The notes under the pieces: model-generated
Database searches by the model: none
What the model was told of the DNA's origin: nothing
Seen by the model: only the letters and a program-made list of their open reading frames with translations
Position numbers and translations under genes: made by a program
Assembly: GCA_041694835.1 (NCBI GenBank)
Contig: JBGFRZ010000036.1
Coordinates: forward strand, 1-49,778
DNA length: 49,778 nucleotides
From: Ignavibacteria bacterium
GTDB lineage: Bacteria > Elusimicrobiota > Endomicrobiia > PHAN01
Direction: 5' to 3'
Shown here: one piece after another, positions 19,548-28,766 of the stretch
Position numbering within the stretch: the first letter of the stretch is position 1
Layout of the letters: each line of letters begins with the position of its first letter

Positions 19548-19599
19548 TCCTCAATTGCCGCCGATGGTTTTTGCCGACGTTGGAATTGAGGATTTTTTT
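19548..19599 (+). terminator. Terminator-like hairpin inside the glnA leader
   Basis: TCCTCAATT (19548-19556) / AATTGAGGA (19584-19592) followed by T7; downstream of TATAAT at 19503-19508. Confidence 0.55.
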
Positions 19600-19656
19600 A
19601 TTTTGATACGACAATTGTAATTCCCCGAATAAAAAAACAAACGAGACGGAGGGTTT

Positions 19657-20979
19657 ATGTATACAGCAGAAGAAGTATTGAAGATTGTATCTGATAAGAA
19701 TATCAAATTTATAAATCTATGGTTCGTGGATGTGCTTGGAAAACTGAAGTCGTTCAACATAACGCCAAGAGAGCTTGAGGGCGCCCTAAAGGACGGCATG
19801 GGTTTCGACGGTTCTTCTATAGAGGGTTTTGCGAGGATATTCGAGTCGGATTTGATAGCGAAACCCGACCCCAAAACTTTCGTTGTCATGCCATGGAGGC
19901 CCGAGGAAGAAGGCACCGCCAGGATGATATGCGACATATTTACTCCCGAGGGGGAGCCCTACGACGGGGATCCAAGATACATTTTAAAGAGGAATCTTGA
20001 GCATCTGAAGAAACACAACCAGACGTTTTGTGTCGGGCCGGAGCTTGAGTATTTCTATTTTAAGACGGAAAAATCTCCCGAGATAATAGACGAGGGCGGA
20101 TACTTCGACACGGTTCCGCTCGACCTTGCCCGCGATCTAAGAAGAGAGAGTATACTTCTACTCGAAAAAATGGGCATAAAAGTCGAGTACTCTCATCATG
20201 AAGTTGCTCCCTCTCAACATGAGATAGATCTGAGATTTACGGATGCCCTCACTATGGCCGACATCGTAATGGCATATAAAGTCATCATAAAGCAGGTTGC
20301 CCGCTTGAAAGGATTTTATGCGTCTTTCATGCCAAAGCCAATTGCCGATATCAACGGCTCCGGCATGCACGTCCATATGTCACTTTTTTCAGGCGACAAA
20401 AATGTATTTTATGACGCTAAGGATAAGTATCATTTGTCTGAAACCGCAAAGCAGTTTACCTCCGGCGTTCTCAGACATGCTCGCGAAATCTGCATAGTGA
20501 CGAACCAGTGGGTGAATTCATACAAGCGGCTTGTGCCCGGTTTCGAAGCGCCCGTCTATATATCGTGGGCGAGAAGGAACCGCTCGGCGCTTGTGAGGAT
20601 TCCCATGTATAAGCCCGGCAAAGAGATCGCGACAAGAATCGAACTTCGCTTTCCGGATCCGGCGTGTAACCCTTATCTGGCATTCTCCGTTATGCTCGCT
20701 GCGGGTCTTGAGGGAATAAAAAACAAATACGAGTTGCCCGACCCCGTCGAGAAGGACATATTCCACATGACAGATGCTGAAAGGGAGAAGGAAGGCATCG
20801 CCGCTCTTCCCGGTTCTCTTATAGAAGCCATCGAGGAAGCGGAAAAATCAGAACTTCTGAAAAACGCTCTTGGCGGTCATGTGTATATGAAACTCATAGA
20901 GAACAAAAAAATCGAGTGGGATATGTATAGGACCCAGGTTACGGAGTATGAGATAAACAAATATCTGCCGATATTGTAA
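19657..20979 (+). CDS. glnA: Glutamine synthetase type I
   Basis: FDGSSIEGF, GPELEY, HHEVAPSQHEI, FMPKP..NGSGMHVH, NSYKRLVPGFEAP, NRSALVRIP. Confidence 0.97.
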   Translation: MYTAEEVLKIVSDKNIKFINLWFVDVLGKLKSFNITPRELEGALKDGMGFDGSSIEGFARIFESDLIAKPDPKTFVVMPWRPEEEGTARMICDIFTPEGEPYDGDPRYILKRNLEHLKKHNQTFCVGPELEYFYFKTEKSPEIIDEGGYFDTVPLDLARDLRRESILLLEKMGIKVEYSHHEVAPSQHEIDLRFTDALTMADIVMAYKVIIKQVARLKGFYASFMPKPIADINGSGMHVHMSLFSGDKNVFYDAKDKYHLSETAKQFTSGVLRHAREICIVTNQWVNSYKRLVPGFEAPVYISWARRNRSALVRIPMYKPGKEIATRIELRFPDPACNPYLAFSVMLAAGLEGIKNKYELPDPVEKDIFHMTDAEREKEGIAALPGSLIEAIEEAEKSELLKNALGGHVYMKLIENKKIEWDMYRTQVTEYEINKYLPIL

Positions 20980-20997
20980 GAATGTTGACGCTTTGAT

Positions 20998-21130
20998 GGC
21001 CCACGGTCCACAGACCATTTAAGAGTTTAAGAGGATAGAGGATAGCGTATATATCAGGAGGAATGTTCCTTCCCCTATTCTCTATCCTCTATCCACTGTG
21101 CTCTATGCGATTTCATCTAAACTCTAAACT
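20998..21130. repeat. Degenerate heptamer tract
   Basis: AGAGGAT AGAGGAT then TCTCTAT CCTCTAT; CTAAACT CTAAACT. Confidence 0.6.
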
Positions 21131-21134
21131 TTTT

Positions 21135-21338
21135 GGGTCTTCCTCATTTTTTGTTGTGCGTATAAAAACAAAGTGTTTAAGCGGGTTTAATCAAGTGTGA
21201 ACGCTTGATTACCTCGCAGTCCCGATTTATCGGGACGAGAATGAGCGAAAATACATAGTCAGACAATTAACCCCACACACATCATAGCGGTATTTCAAAA
21301 TCTTTACCCAATGTTACAACAACATTTGGAGAAGAGCC
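21135..21338 (-). mobile_element. ~200-bp MITE, copy 2, with perfect 9-bp target duplication
   Basis: Reverse complement of 7037-7228 apart from one divergent ~25-nt patch and a few substitutions; AAACTTTTT at 21126-21134 and 21339-21347. Confidence 0.88.
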
Positions 21339-21362
21339 AAACTTTTTTAACCTTTTTCAATA

Positions 21363-22562
21363 ATGAAAGACATATATTTCGACAACAACGCCACGACGAA
21401 AACGAGGCATGAAGTTGTCGCTGAAATGACGCCTTACTTTGAGGCTCTTTACGGAAATCCTTCAAGCATTCACGGCATAGGACAAAAGGCGAAAAAAGCG
21501 CTTGAGGATTCAAGAGAAAAAATAGCAAAGATATTAAATGCCGCAAGTCCCTCTGAAATAATTTTCACGGCTTCGGGTACGGAGTCGAATAACACCGCCA
21601 TAAAAGGCACGGCGTTTGCGAATAGAAAAAATGGAAATCACATAATAACGACTTCCATAGAACATCACGCCGTCCTGCACACTTGCGAGTATCTGGAAAA
21701 AGAGCACGGCTTCGAGATAACACATATTCCCGTCGATAATTATGGCGTCATTTCGATGGAGGAATTGAAAAACGCGGTCAGGGAAAGAACGATTTTAATA
21801 AGCGTCATGCACGCTAACAATGAAATCGGGACTATCCAGCCCGTTCGCGAAATAGCGGATTTCATAAGTCGGGCAAATTCCAGTCGGGCCGGCCGCGGCT
21901 TGGGAAAAATTTACTTTCATACCGACGCCGTCCAGACCGTTGGAAAAATCAAAATAGATTTAGAAGAGACAAAAGTCGACATGCTGTCTTTTTCGGCCCA
22001 CAAATTCTACGGACCGAAGGGCGTCGGCTGTCTTTACGTCAAAGAGGGGGTCGGGTTTCATCCTCTTCTTCACGGCGGCCACCACGAACTCGGCCATCGG
22101 GCTTCGACCGAAAATCTTCCCGGGATAGTTGGAATGACTAAGGCTCTTGATTTGGCTGTTGCGGAAATAGAAGAAGAAAATAAAAAACTTCGACGTCTTC
22201 GCGAAAGGATGGAAAAGGAAATAATTGAAAAAATTCCATTCAGCAGGATAAACGGACATCCCACAGAGCGACTTGCAGGAACTTCGAATATCGGTTTCGA
22301 GTTCATAGAAGGCGAGAGTCTCGTTGTTTCGCTGGATATGGCCGGCATCGCTTGCTCGACTGGCTCCGCCTGTGCAAGCGGCTCGACCGAGCCCAGTCAT
22401 GTAATCAAAGCAATCGCCTGCCCTCCAAATTTTGCCCAAGGGGCAGTGAGGTTTTCTCTTGGAAGATACAACTCCGAAAGAGAAGTCGATTATCTCCTGA
22501 AAATACTGCCCTCCATTGTTGAAAAACTTCGCTCCATCTCGCCTTTATATAAAAAACGATGA
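21363..22562 (+). CDS. iscS: Cysteine desulfurase (IscS/NifS group)
   Basis: YFDNNATT, GNPSSIH, FTASGTESNN, HTDAVQ, SAHKFYGPKG, STGSACASG. Confidence 0.92.
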   Translation: MKDIYFDNNATTKTRHEVVAEMTPYFEALYGNPSSIHGIGQKAKKALEDSREKIAKILNAASPSEIIFTASGTESNNTAIKGTAFANRKNGNHIITTSIEHHAVLHTCEYLEKEHGFEITHIPVDNYGVISMEELKNAVRERTILISVMHANNEIGTIQPVREIADFISRANSSRAGRGLGKIYFHTDAVQTVGKIKIDLEETKVDMLSFSAHKFYGPKGVGCLYVKEGVGFHPLLHGGHHELGHRASTENLPGIVGMTKALDLAVAEIEEENKKLRRLRERMEKEIIEKIPFSRINGHPTERLAGTSNIGFEFIEGESLVVSLDMAGIACSTGSACASGSTEPSHVIKAIACPPNFAQGAVRFSLGRYNSEREVDYLLKILPSIVEKLRSISPLYKKR

Positions 22563-23653
22563 AAAAAGTTCTTGTTGCGATGTCGGGAGGGGTGGATTCA
22601 TCTGTCGCTGCATACATTCTCAAAAAAGAAGGATATGATGTGGTCGGGGCGACAATGAAGCTCTGGCATTCAGACTCAATGAAGCAAAAAAATGGCAGAT
22701 GCTGTTCTATTGAAGATATCGCCGATGCCCGGCGCGTATGCCATCATTTGGGAATAAAACATTATGTTTTTAATTTCGAACATTTGTTCGAATCTACCGT
22801 CGTAAAAAATTTCATAGACGAATATTTGGCGGGACGGACACCCAATCCCTGCATAGTATGCAACGATTCTGTAAAATTCGACGCTCTTCTACCTAAAGCG
22901 ACGACCATGGGATTTGATTATCTTGCCACCGGCCATTATGCTATAATAGAAAAACATACGAAGAAACATACACGGCCGACTTATTTATTGAAAAAAGGGA
23001 TTGATGTTAAAAAAGACCAGTCGTATTTTCTCTACAGAATGAATCAAAAGCGTCTGTCGAAAACGTTGTTTCCGGTCGGGGAAATGACTAAGAAAGAAGT
23101 CCGCGCGCTTGCTCTTGCTCAAAAGTTGCCCGTGGCGCGAAAAAGCGAGAGTTATGATGTGTGTTTTGTCGGCGACGGAGGTTATGGAAAGTTTTTAGAA
23201 GAGCGAAATGTCATGGAAAGAAAATATCTGTCCGGGAATATAGTTGACGTTGAAGGAAAAATTCGTGGACAGCATTGCGGTCTTCCTTTTTACACGATAG
23301 GTCAGAGAAACGGCCTCGGAATTTCATCCAAAGAAAGGCTTTATGTTTTGTCGCTTGACAAAAACAGAAACGAAGTCATCGTTGGCAACAAAGAAGATGC
23401 TTTTTCAAAAAAGTTTTATGTAAGCGATGTTGTATGGTGTTCAGACGCCTCCCGATTTTCCGGCGCTCTTTCTGTGAAGATAAGGTATCTGTCGGAAGAT
23501 GTTCCAGCTTTGATTTCATACCGGGGGAGGAGAGCGAAAGTGGAGCTTGACACTCCACAGTTTGCCGTAACGACGGGGCAGTCGGCGGTTTTTTACTGCG
23601 GAGACACAGTTATCGGCGGAGGGCTTATAAGCGCTGTTGAGCGGAATCGATGA
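22559..23653 (+). CDS. mnmA: tRNA 2-thiouridylase MnmA
   Basis: AMSGGVDSSV, GRCC, TPNPCIVCN, ATGHYA, KDQSYFL, TIGQR, GQSAVFY. Confidence 0.97.
   Translation: MKKVLVAMSGGVDSSVAAYILKKEGYDVVGATMKLWHSDSMKQKNGRCCSIEDIADARRVCHHLGIKHYVFNFEHLFESTVVKNFIDEYLAGRTPNPCIVCNDSVKFDALLPKATTMGFDYLATGHYAIIEKHTKKHTRPTYLLKKGIDVKKDQSYFLYRMNQKRLSKTLFPVGEMTKKEVRALALAQKLPVARKSESYDVCFVGDGGYGKFLEERNVMERKYLSGNIVDVEGKIRGQHCGLPFYTIGQRNGLGISSKERLYVLSLDKNRNEVIVGNKEDAFSKKFYVSDVVWCSDASRFSGALSVKIRYLSEDVPALISYRGRRAKVELDTPQFAVTTGQSAVFYCGDTVIGGGLISAVERNR
22773..22800 (+). promoter_or_regulatory. SOS-box-like palindrome embedded in the mnmA coding sequence
   Basis: TTCGAACATTTGTTCGAAT (22775-22793) is the exact reverse complement of the core at 36713-36731. 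Confidence 0.5.
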
Positions 23654-25625
23654 GCCTTCGTATATCCTGATTTTCCGGCTCATGTAGTAGCGCCTCTTTG
23701 AAATACTTAACGGCGTTTTTCCAGTCGGACTTTTTCCAATAGATTACGCCGAGATTGTAGTAGGCTTTAGAATTTTTTCCGTCTATTTCGATTGCTTTTC
23801 TATACAGACTCTCAGATTTTGCAAAATTTCCTTCCTTTTCGTGAATAACTCCCAGATTTACATAAACATCGGACGACTCCGGATAAAAATCCATAATTTT
23901 TTCATACAGGAATTTAGCTTTTCCGCGCTCACCTTTTACGTAGTAATAATGTCCGAGCTTGTAATAAGAAAAAGGGGTTTTGGCTCCGTAAAAAACCGTG
24001 TCGAACATTTTTTTAGCCTTTTCGGCATCTCCACTCGACAGATAATAATCTCCAAGGAGCTGAAAATGGCTCCAGTAAAGGCTTTTGCTCCGAATTTCAT
24101 TCTGAGGCTTTCTTAATGCAAAAATCTCGTCGGAGAATTCCGCTTTTGGGTCGAATTTTGCCGCATAAAGCAGGCCGTAAGGTTTTTTGGGTATAGATGT
24201 CTGTGTGGGAAGAAACGTGGCATATAAAACCGGCCTTTCCGAGCGGTTCACTATCTCCGATTCAACGCTGTTTCTTAAAGCAAGCCGCGGCGCACCCCAT
24301 ATCAGATAGTAGTCATCCCCATATATGCTTTTTGAAACTCCAGCGTTGCAGTCGATGAATTTCAAATCGCCTCTCATTTTTTCAACCCTTAACAGATAGC
24401 TTACGCAAAACTCCATCTCGTCTGCCCTGTCGAAAAAGACCAGAGAGTTGGGGGGCGCATTTTTCAGAAGATTTTTCGCATAATCGTAAAACGTGAAGTG
24501 GCGTCTGTTCGAAAAACTTATATTTTTCATCATGACCGCCAATAAAATTATAGCGGCAATCAAAACGCCGGTTTTTTTGAATCTCGAGAGCGCCAATGCA
24601 ATGTATGTTGACCAGATTATCGCTATAAGGTAAAAAAACCTCAGCAGCAAAGCTTCGGAAGCTTCGTCGATTTTTACATTGGCCAGAATAAGGAAGAAAG
24701 GCCCCGAACCGAAAAACAGCAAAGCTAAAAAGGGGACTGTTATATTATCCCTTGTCTTCCCATTTTTTGAAAAAAACGAAATGATTATTCCGCAAAATCC
24801 GGCAAGAAATCCGGGCCATGAAAATCCATTTCTTATGGATTTGAAAAAAAACCCCACTTTGTCGGCCCAAAGCGAGAAGTCTAAAAAATTCATCTCACCT
24901 TGGGTCAGATTTATGGCGCCATATCTGGTCCTTGCCACAACCTGTAAAAATCGCTTTATTGTGCTTGGGTCCTCCCAGTTGTAGAGTGGGTCCATGTTCG
25001 CTCTGACAAAAAGATAGAAGAAAATGCTCAATCCCCCCGCTCCGCAAAGAGCGAGGTAAAATAGTTTTCGCGCGGAAAAGCGATTCTCTCTTAAGTAAAT
25101 GTAAACTAATGCGGGCAGCCACATTCCGATTATGTAATGCGATGCAAGTCCGAGTCCGGCAAGAAAAGAAATTAGATAGAATTTTTTGGTTGATTCAAGA
25201 TTCATATAACATACATACAGAATTGTTGTCGATATCAGTATGGTTATGCCGTAAACCTCTGTGACGGTGGACATCTCGTAAATGAAAAAAGAAAAACCGC
25301 ATACCAGTGAAATTAAAAAAGATAAAAGCGGCTTTGAAGTTAATACAAGAATGAAAAGATAAAATATGGCTATTCCCGATGCCGCCGAAAGAGCCGAGAG
25401 AAGATTGGCCCTGTAGGCATGATTTGAAAAAGGGAGCAATGTATTTATGATTTTGCCGAAAAGCGAGTATAAGGGATAACCAGGGGAATGAGCTGTTCCG
25501 AGCGTTGACGCCACGCCGGCAAGCTCCCCGGAGTCATCCGATGTTATCGTCGGGGAGAGATTTATAAGATAAGCGGAGAAGCAGAAAATAAAAACGATTA
25601 GCGCCGGGTATTTCATAGCATTCAA
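23625..25625 (-). CDS. DUF2723 (TMEM260-like) GT-C membrane protein with C-terminal TPRs
   Basis: DDSGEL...LGTAHSPGYPLY motif, many TM helices, YVNLGVI and AYYNLGVIY TPR repeats. Confidence 0.8.
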   Translation of the reverse strand: MNAMKYPALIVFIFCFSAYLINLSPTITSDDSGELAGVASTLGTAHSPGYPLYSLFGKIINTLLPFSNHAYRANLLSALSAASGIAIFYLFILVLTSKPLLSFLISLVCGFSFFIYEMSTVTEVYGITILISTTILYVCYMNLESTKKFYLISFLAGLGLASHYIIGMWLPALVYIYLRENRFSARKLFYLALCGAGGLSIFFYLFVRANMDPLYNWEDPSTIKRFLQVVARTRYGAINLTQGEMNFLDFSLWADKVGFFFKSIRNGFSWPGFLAGFCGIIISFFSKNGKTRDNITVPFLALLFFGSGPFFLILANVKIDEASEALLLRFFYLIAIIWSTYIALALSRFKKTGVLIAAIILLAVMMKNISFSNRRHFTFYDYAKNLLKNAPPNSLVFFDRADEMEFCVSYLLRVEKMRGDLKFIDCNAGVSKSIYGDDYYLIWGAPRLALRNSVESEIVNRSERPVLYATFLPTQTSIPKKPYGLLYAAKFDPKAEFSDEIFALRKPQNEIRSKSLYWSHFQLLGDYYLSSGDAEKAKKMFDTVFYGAKTPFSYYKLGHYYYVKGERGKAKFLYEKIMDFYPESSDVYVNLGVIHEKEGNFAKSESLYRKAIEIDGKNSKAYYNLGVIYWKKSDWKNAVKYFKEALLHEPENQDIRRLIDSAQQRL

Positions 25626-25683
25626 TTTATTTTATGCGGAGCATTGTGTCTCGATTTATCTTTTTGCGTCGCATGTTCATTAT

Positions 25684-25859
25684 GAGATTATTGAAAAACC
25701 CATCTTTTTCACTTAAAGAGCAGTTTCTTAACGGTTAAAAGTTTCAATCAGACCGCAAAACTCCTCGCTTTGCTCGTCGGACATTGCGGTCTAAACGATT
25801 TCAACTTTTAACCTAAAACTGCCAAATCGTTCAAAAGATTAAGGTTTTTCAACGAGCTC
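25684..25859. mobile_element. 176-bp fold-back MITE (GAG...CTC), ATTAT target duplication
   Basis: GAGATTATTGAAAAACC / GGTTTTTCAACGAGCTC; nested inverted arms GGTTAAAAGTT/AACTTTTAACC and AGACCGCAA/TTGCGGTCT; ATTAT at 25679-25683 and 25860-25864. Confidence 0.8.
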
Positions 25860-25887
25860 ATTATACCAAAAGGTCGTTTTTTTGCAA
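25860..25887 (-). promoter_or_regulatory. Promoter for the DUF2723 gene
   Basis: Minus strand TTGCAA-N16-TATAAT with TGG extension. Confidence 0.6.
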
Positions 25888-25922
25888 ACCCTCGCAAGGT
25901 TTAGATTTTACATTTTTTCCAC

Positions 25923-25951
25923 TTGACAAGGCTATTAAAAAATTGTATAAT
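25923..25951 (+). promoter_or_regulatory. Consensus sigma70 promoter for the amidase gene
   Basis: TTGACA (25923-25928)-N17-TATAAT (25946-25951). Confidence 0.85.
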
Positions 25952-25983
25952 TACACCGAAGAAGTTTCGAAATGGAGGGGTAT

Positions 25984-27192
25984 ATGAAAAAACTTTTTGT
26001 TCTTGCCGTCGGTTTTGTTTTAACATCGACATTTCTTTATGCCGGCGGTCTGACCGGAAAAAAAATCGCTATTGATGCCGGACACGGAGGAAGCGACCCC
26101 GGAGCTGTCGGCCCGACAGGTCTTCAAGAGAAGGCCATCACCCTTCGGGTTGCAAAAAAGGTTGATTCTTATCTTAAATCTCAGGGGGCGACCACGATGT
26201 TGACAAGAGATTCCGATGTCTATATTTCGCCGAGCGGCCGTGGAACCCTTGCAAATAACTGGGGAGCGCATACTTTTGTTTCTGTCCATTTCAACGCCGT
26301 CACAGACAGGAGCGTCAACGGAACCGAGGTGCTGTATCATCCGACTAGAAATGCTTCAAACAAAACACTCGCCGGCAAGTTGCAAAACAGATTAATAAAA
26401 TCGCTGGGTCTAAGGAACAGAGGCATTAAAGAAAGAACTAACTTGGGACTACTTAACATAGCAACGATGCCGACCGCGCTGACAGAGCCGTCATTCATAT
26501 CTAATACCTATGAGGAAGCGCGCCTTAAAGATGCCGGTTATATAGACAAAATAGGCCGTGCACATTATCTTGGTATACTTGACTACTATGGCGTCGCCGA
26601 AAATACTCCACCGCCACCTCCTTCCCCAACAAAACCTCTTTCAGGTAAAAAGATAGCAGTTGATCCGCAGGGAGGAGGCAGCACATCGGCAGGCATCGGC
26701 CCGACAGGTCTTAAAGGGAAGGAAGTGAACTTAAAAGTCGCTACGGTCGTGAGAAATTGTCTTGTTGTATACGGCGGAGCGAATGTTGTTATGACCCGCG
26801 ATGCCGATGTTTCAATGACGACCGCAAATCGCGTAACTTTTATTAACAACTCGGGCGCTGATAAGATGATTTCAATTGCATTCGCCAGATCTTCGAACCC
26901 GAGTCGAAATTTTACGAGAACATTCTACTATAAAAGCGGTGCTAATGCTGCCGGAAGTTTAAAACTTGCAAACGGAATTCAGAAGCGTCTTGTAGAAGCG
27001 CTAAAACTCACCGACAAAGGCGTTGGTAGCTCGTCAGCCGCTATATTGAAAGGTACAGCAAATACTATCGGAGTCCTGACAAGACCATCTCATCTGTCAA
27101 ATCCTTACGAAGAGGCCAGGCTCAAGGATATTGGATATACCTGGAAGATTGGAAAGGCCATCTACGAAGGCATCGTAGATTCTTATAGATAA
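25984..27192 (+). CDS. Secreted N-acetylmuramoyl-L-alanine amidase with two Amidase_3 domains (second degenerate)
   Basis: Signal peptide; IAIDAGHGG, EK, SVHFNA, LTEP in domain 1; poly-Pro linker; homologous domain 2. Confidence 0.9.
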   Translation: MKKLFVLAVGFVLTSTFLYAGGLTGKKIAIDAGHGGSDPGAVGPTGLQEKAITLRVAKKVDSYLKSQGATTMLTRDSDVYISPSGRGTLANNWGAHTFVSVHFNAVTDRSVNGTEVLYHPTRNASNKTLAGKLQNRLIKSLGLRNRGIKERTNLGLLNIATMPTALTEPSFISNTYEEARLKDAGYIDKIGRAHYLGILDYYGVAENTPPPPPSPTKPLSGKKIAVDPQGGGSTSAGIGPTGLKGKEVNLKVATVVRNCLVVYGGANVVMTRDADVSMTTANRVTFINNSGADKMISIAFARSSNPSRNFTRTFYYKSGANAAGSLKLANGIQKRLVEALKLTDKGVGSSSAAILKGTANTIGVLTRPSHLSNPYEEARLKDIGYTWKIGKAIYEGIVDSYR

Positions 27193-27270
27193 ATTTAATC
27201 ATAAACCCTCTGGCGACAATTAGTTCTTTCTTCTGAAGGAACGAAAAATGAGCTGAGGGTTTTTTATTTT

Positions 27271-28692
27271 ATGATTAAAAAAAGATGTTGTAGCTTTTTT
27301 ATCGCCGTTTTTTTTGTCCTGATTTCATTTGGACAAACGAAACTTTTTCCAGACATAGAGTTAAGAACAAATAAAGCGACCATTTCGGCTCGCTTTTTCG
27401 AAAGCGAAAACCTTCTTTCGCCGATTGAAAGCTTCTCCTCTCGCCTTGAATTTGCCACCGAGTTTTCCGCTGTTTTGAATGATTTTTTAGAACACAGAGT
27501 TCATTTAAGTGCGGAAACGTATTCTCATGCAGAGGTGCTAATAGAGGAATTCAGAGATGAGTTGAAACTTTTAAAGTTGAAAAACGATATAAATGAGCTC
27601 TCTTTCAATCGAAAGAGGATGAGCGACAATATAAGTGGAAGATTGGCCTTAATCTCAAGGGGAACTTTATCTCATCCTTCAGATTTAGATTCCATTACAG
27701 CCCTGCCGTACGTTTATCTGAACTACACTCCGCGCGATTCAAACATCGCTTTAAGGTTGGGGATTAGGTCAACCTCCTCCCGACCCGGTTTCATGAAGAT
27801 AGATGAAGCGAGTTGTTCGTGGGTATTCGGCAAAAGGGGAAGGATAAGGTTCGGCAGGATATACTTTATATTAGGACATCTTGGCCTCATAGGTGACAAC
27901 AACTTCGACGCTTTCGAGGGCGCCGTTTTAGAAATGTTTCCCTTTGGCACTCTTGGATTGAACCTTATATATGCAAGATTATCGTCGACAAACTATCCAT
28001 ATACCGGGATTTTCCAGGATTATGATGACTATTTGGCCACAAGGATATCAAAAGAGCTTTTCAAAAAGAATCTTGAAATCGGTTTAAACACCCTGTTTTC
28101 CGGAATAGCGTCTGAGGACGCATTAAGTCTTGATTTATACTGGCGATATAGCAAAAACAGGGATTTTATAGCTGAATTGGCTTTTTACAGGCCCTCAAAA
28201 ACTACAATAGTGGAAGGTGTGGATCCTTACGAGGCGAAGTATGCGTTTGTGGCAGGGGCTGATGTCATAAACACCAAAAGGGCGAATATATTTCTTCAAA
28301 TAGGTGATGTGCAAAGAGGATTCGCTCCCATGGCAACGAGCCTTGCATACTCCGCCCAGAATCATCTCTACTTCGATCAGGATACTCGCGGTTTTGACAT
28401 CACCTTCAGTTACTATCCCGCTAAAAAAATAGACACAGAGATGTGGCAGACCCGACCAGAAAGGACAGGGCTTGTTCCTCAAGAAACTATTTACGAGATC
28501 AACATCGTCGGTCTTTGGGATGGAGAATGGCGTAAATCCGCCAACAGATATGTTTTTCGCCACATAAGGTCTCTCGGACGGGATATCAGGCTTTATATCG
28601 AAAACAATTTATGGGACAGGGAGCCATCGATTTCGTGGCAGTATCGGGGAGTTTACAACGAAACAAGGTTGAGTGTTTCATACGAATTATGA
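27271..28692 (+). CDS. Putative outer-membrane protein with SLH-like N-terminus
   Basis: Signal peptide; SRLEFA...LIEEFRDEL segment; beta-rich remainder ending RLSVSYEL. Confidence 0.5.
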   Translation: MIKKRCCSFFIAVFFVLISFGQTKLFPDIELRTNKATISARFFESENLLSPIESFSSRLEFATEFSAVLNDFLEHRVHLSAETYSHAEVLIEEFRDELKLLKLKNDINELSFNRKRMSDNISGRLALISRGTLSHPSDLDSITALPYVYLNYTPRDSNIALRLGIRSTSSRPGFMKIDEASCSWVFGKRGRIRFGRIYFILGHLGLIGDNNFDAFEGAVLEMFPFGTLGLNLIYARLSSTNYPYTGIFQDYDDYLATRISKELFKKNLEIGLNTLFSGIASEDALSLDLYWRYSKNRDFIAELAFYRPSKTTIVEGVDPYEAKYAFVAGADVINTKRANIFLQIGDVQRGFAPMATSLAYSAQNHLYFDQDTRGFDITFSYYPAKKIDTEMWQTRPERTGLVPQETIYEINIVGLWDGEWRKSANRYVFRHIRSLGRDIRLYIENNLWDREPSISWQYRGVYNETRLSVSYEL

Positions 28693-28766
28693 AAATTTAG
28701 GGTAATTAAGTGATGAGGCGATTTTTGAAAATTTCCATTTTCACTTCCATTTAACGGGGTTTTATT

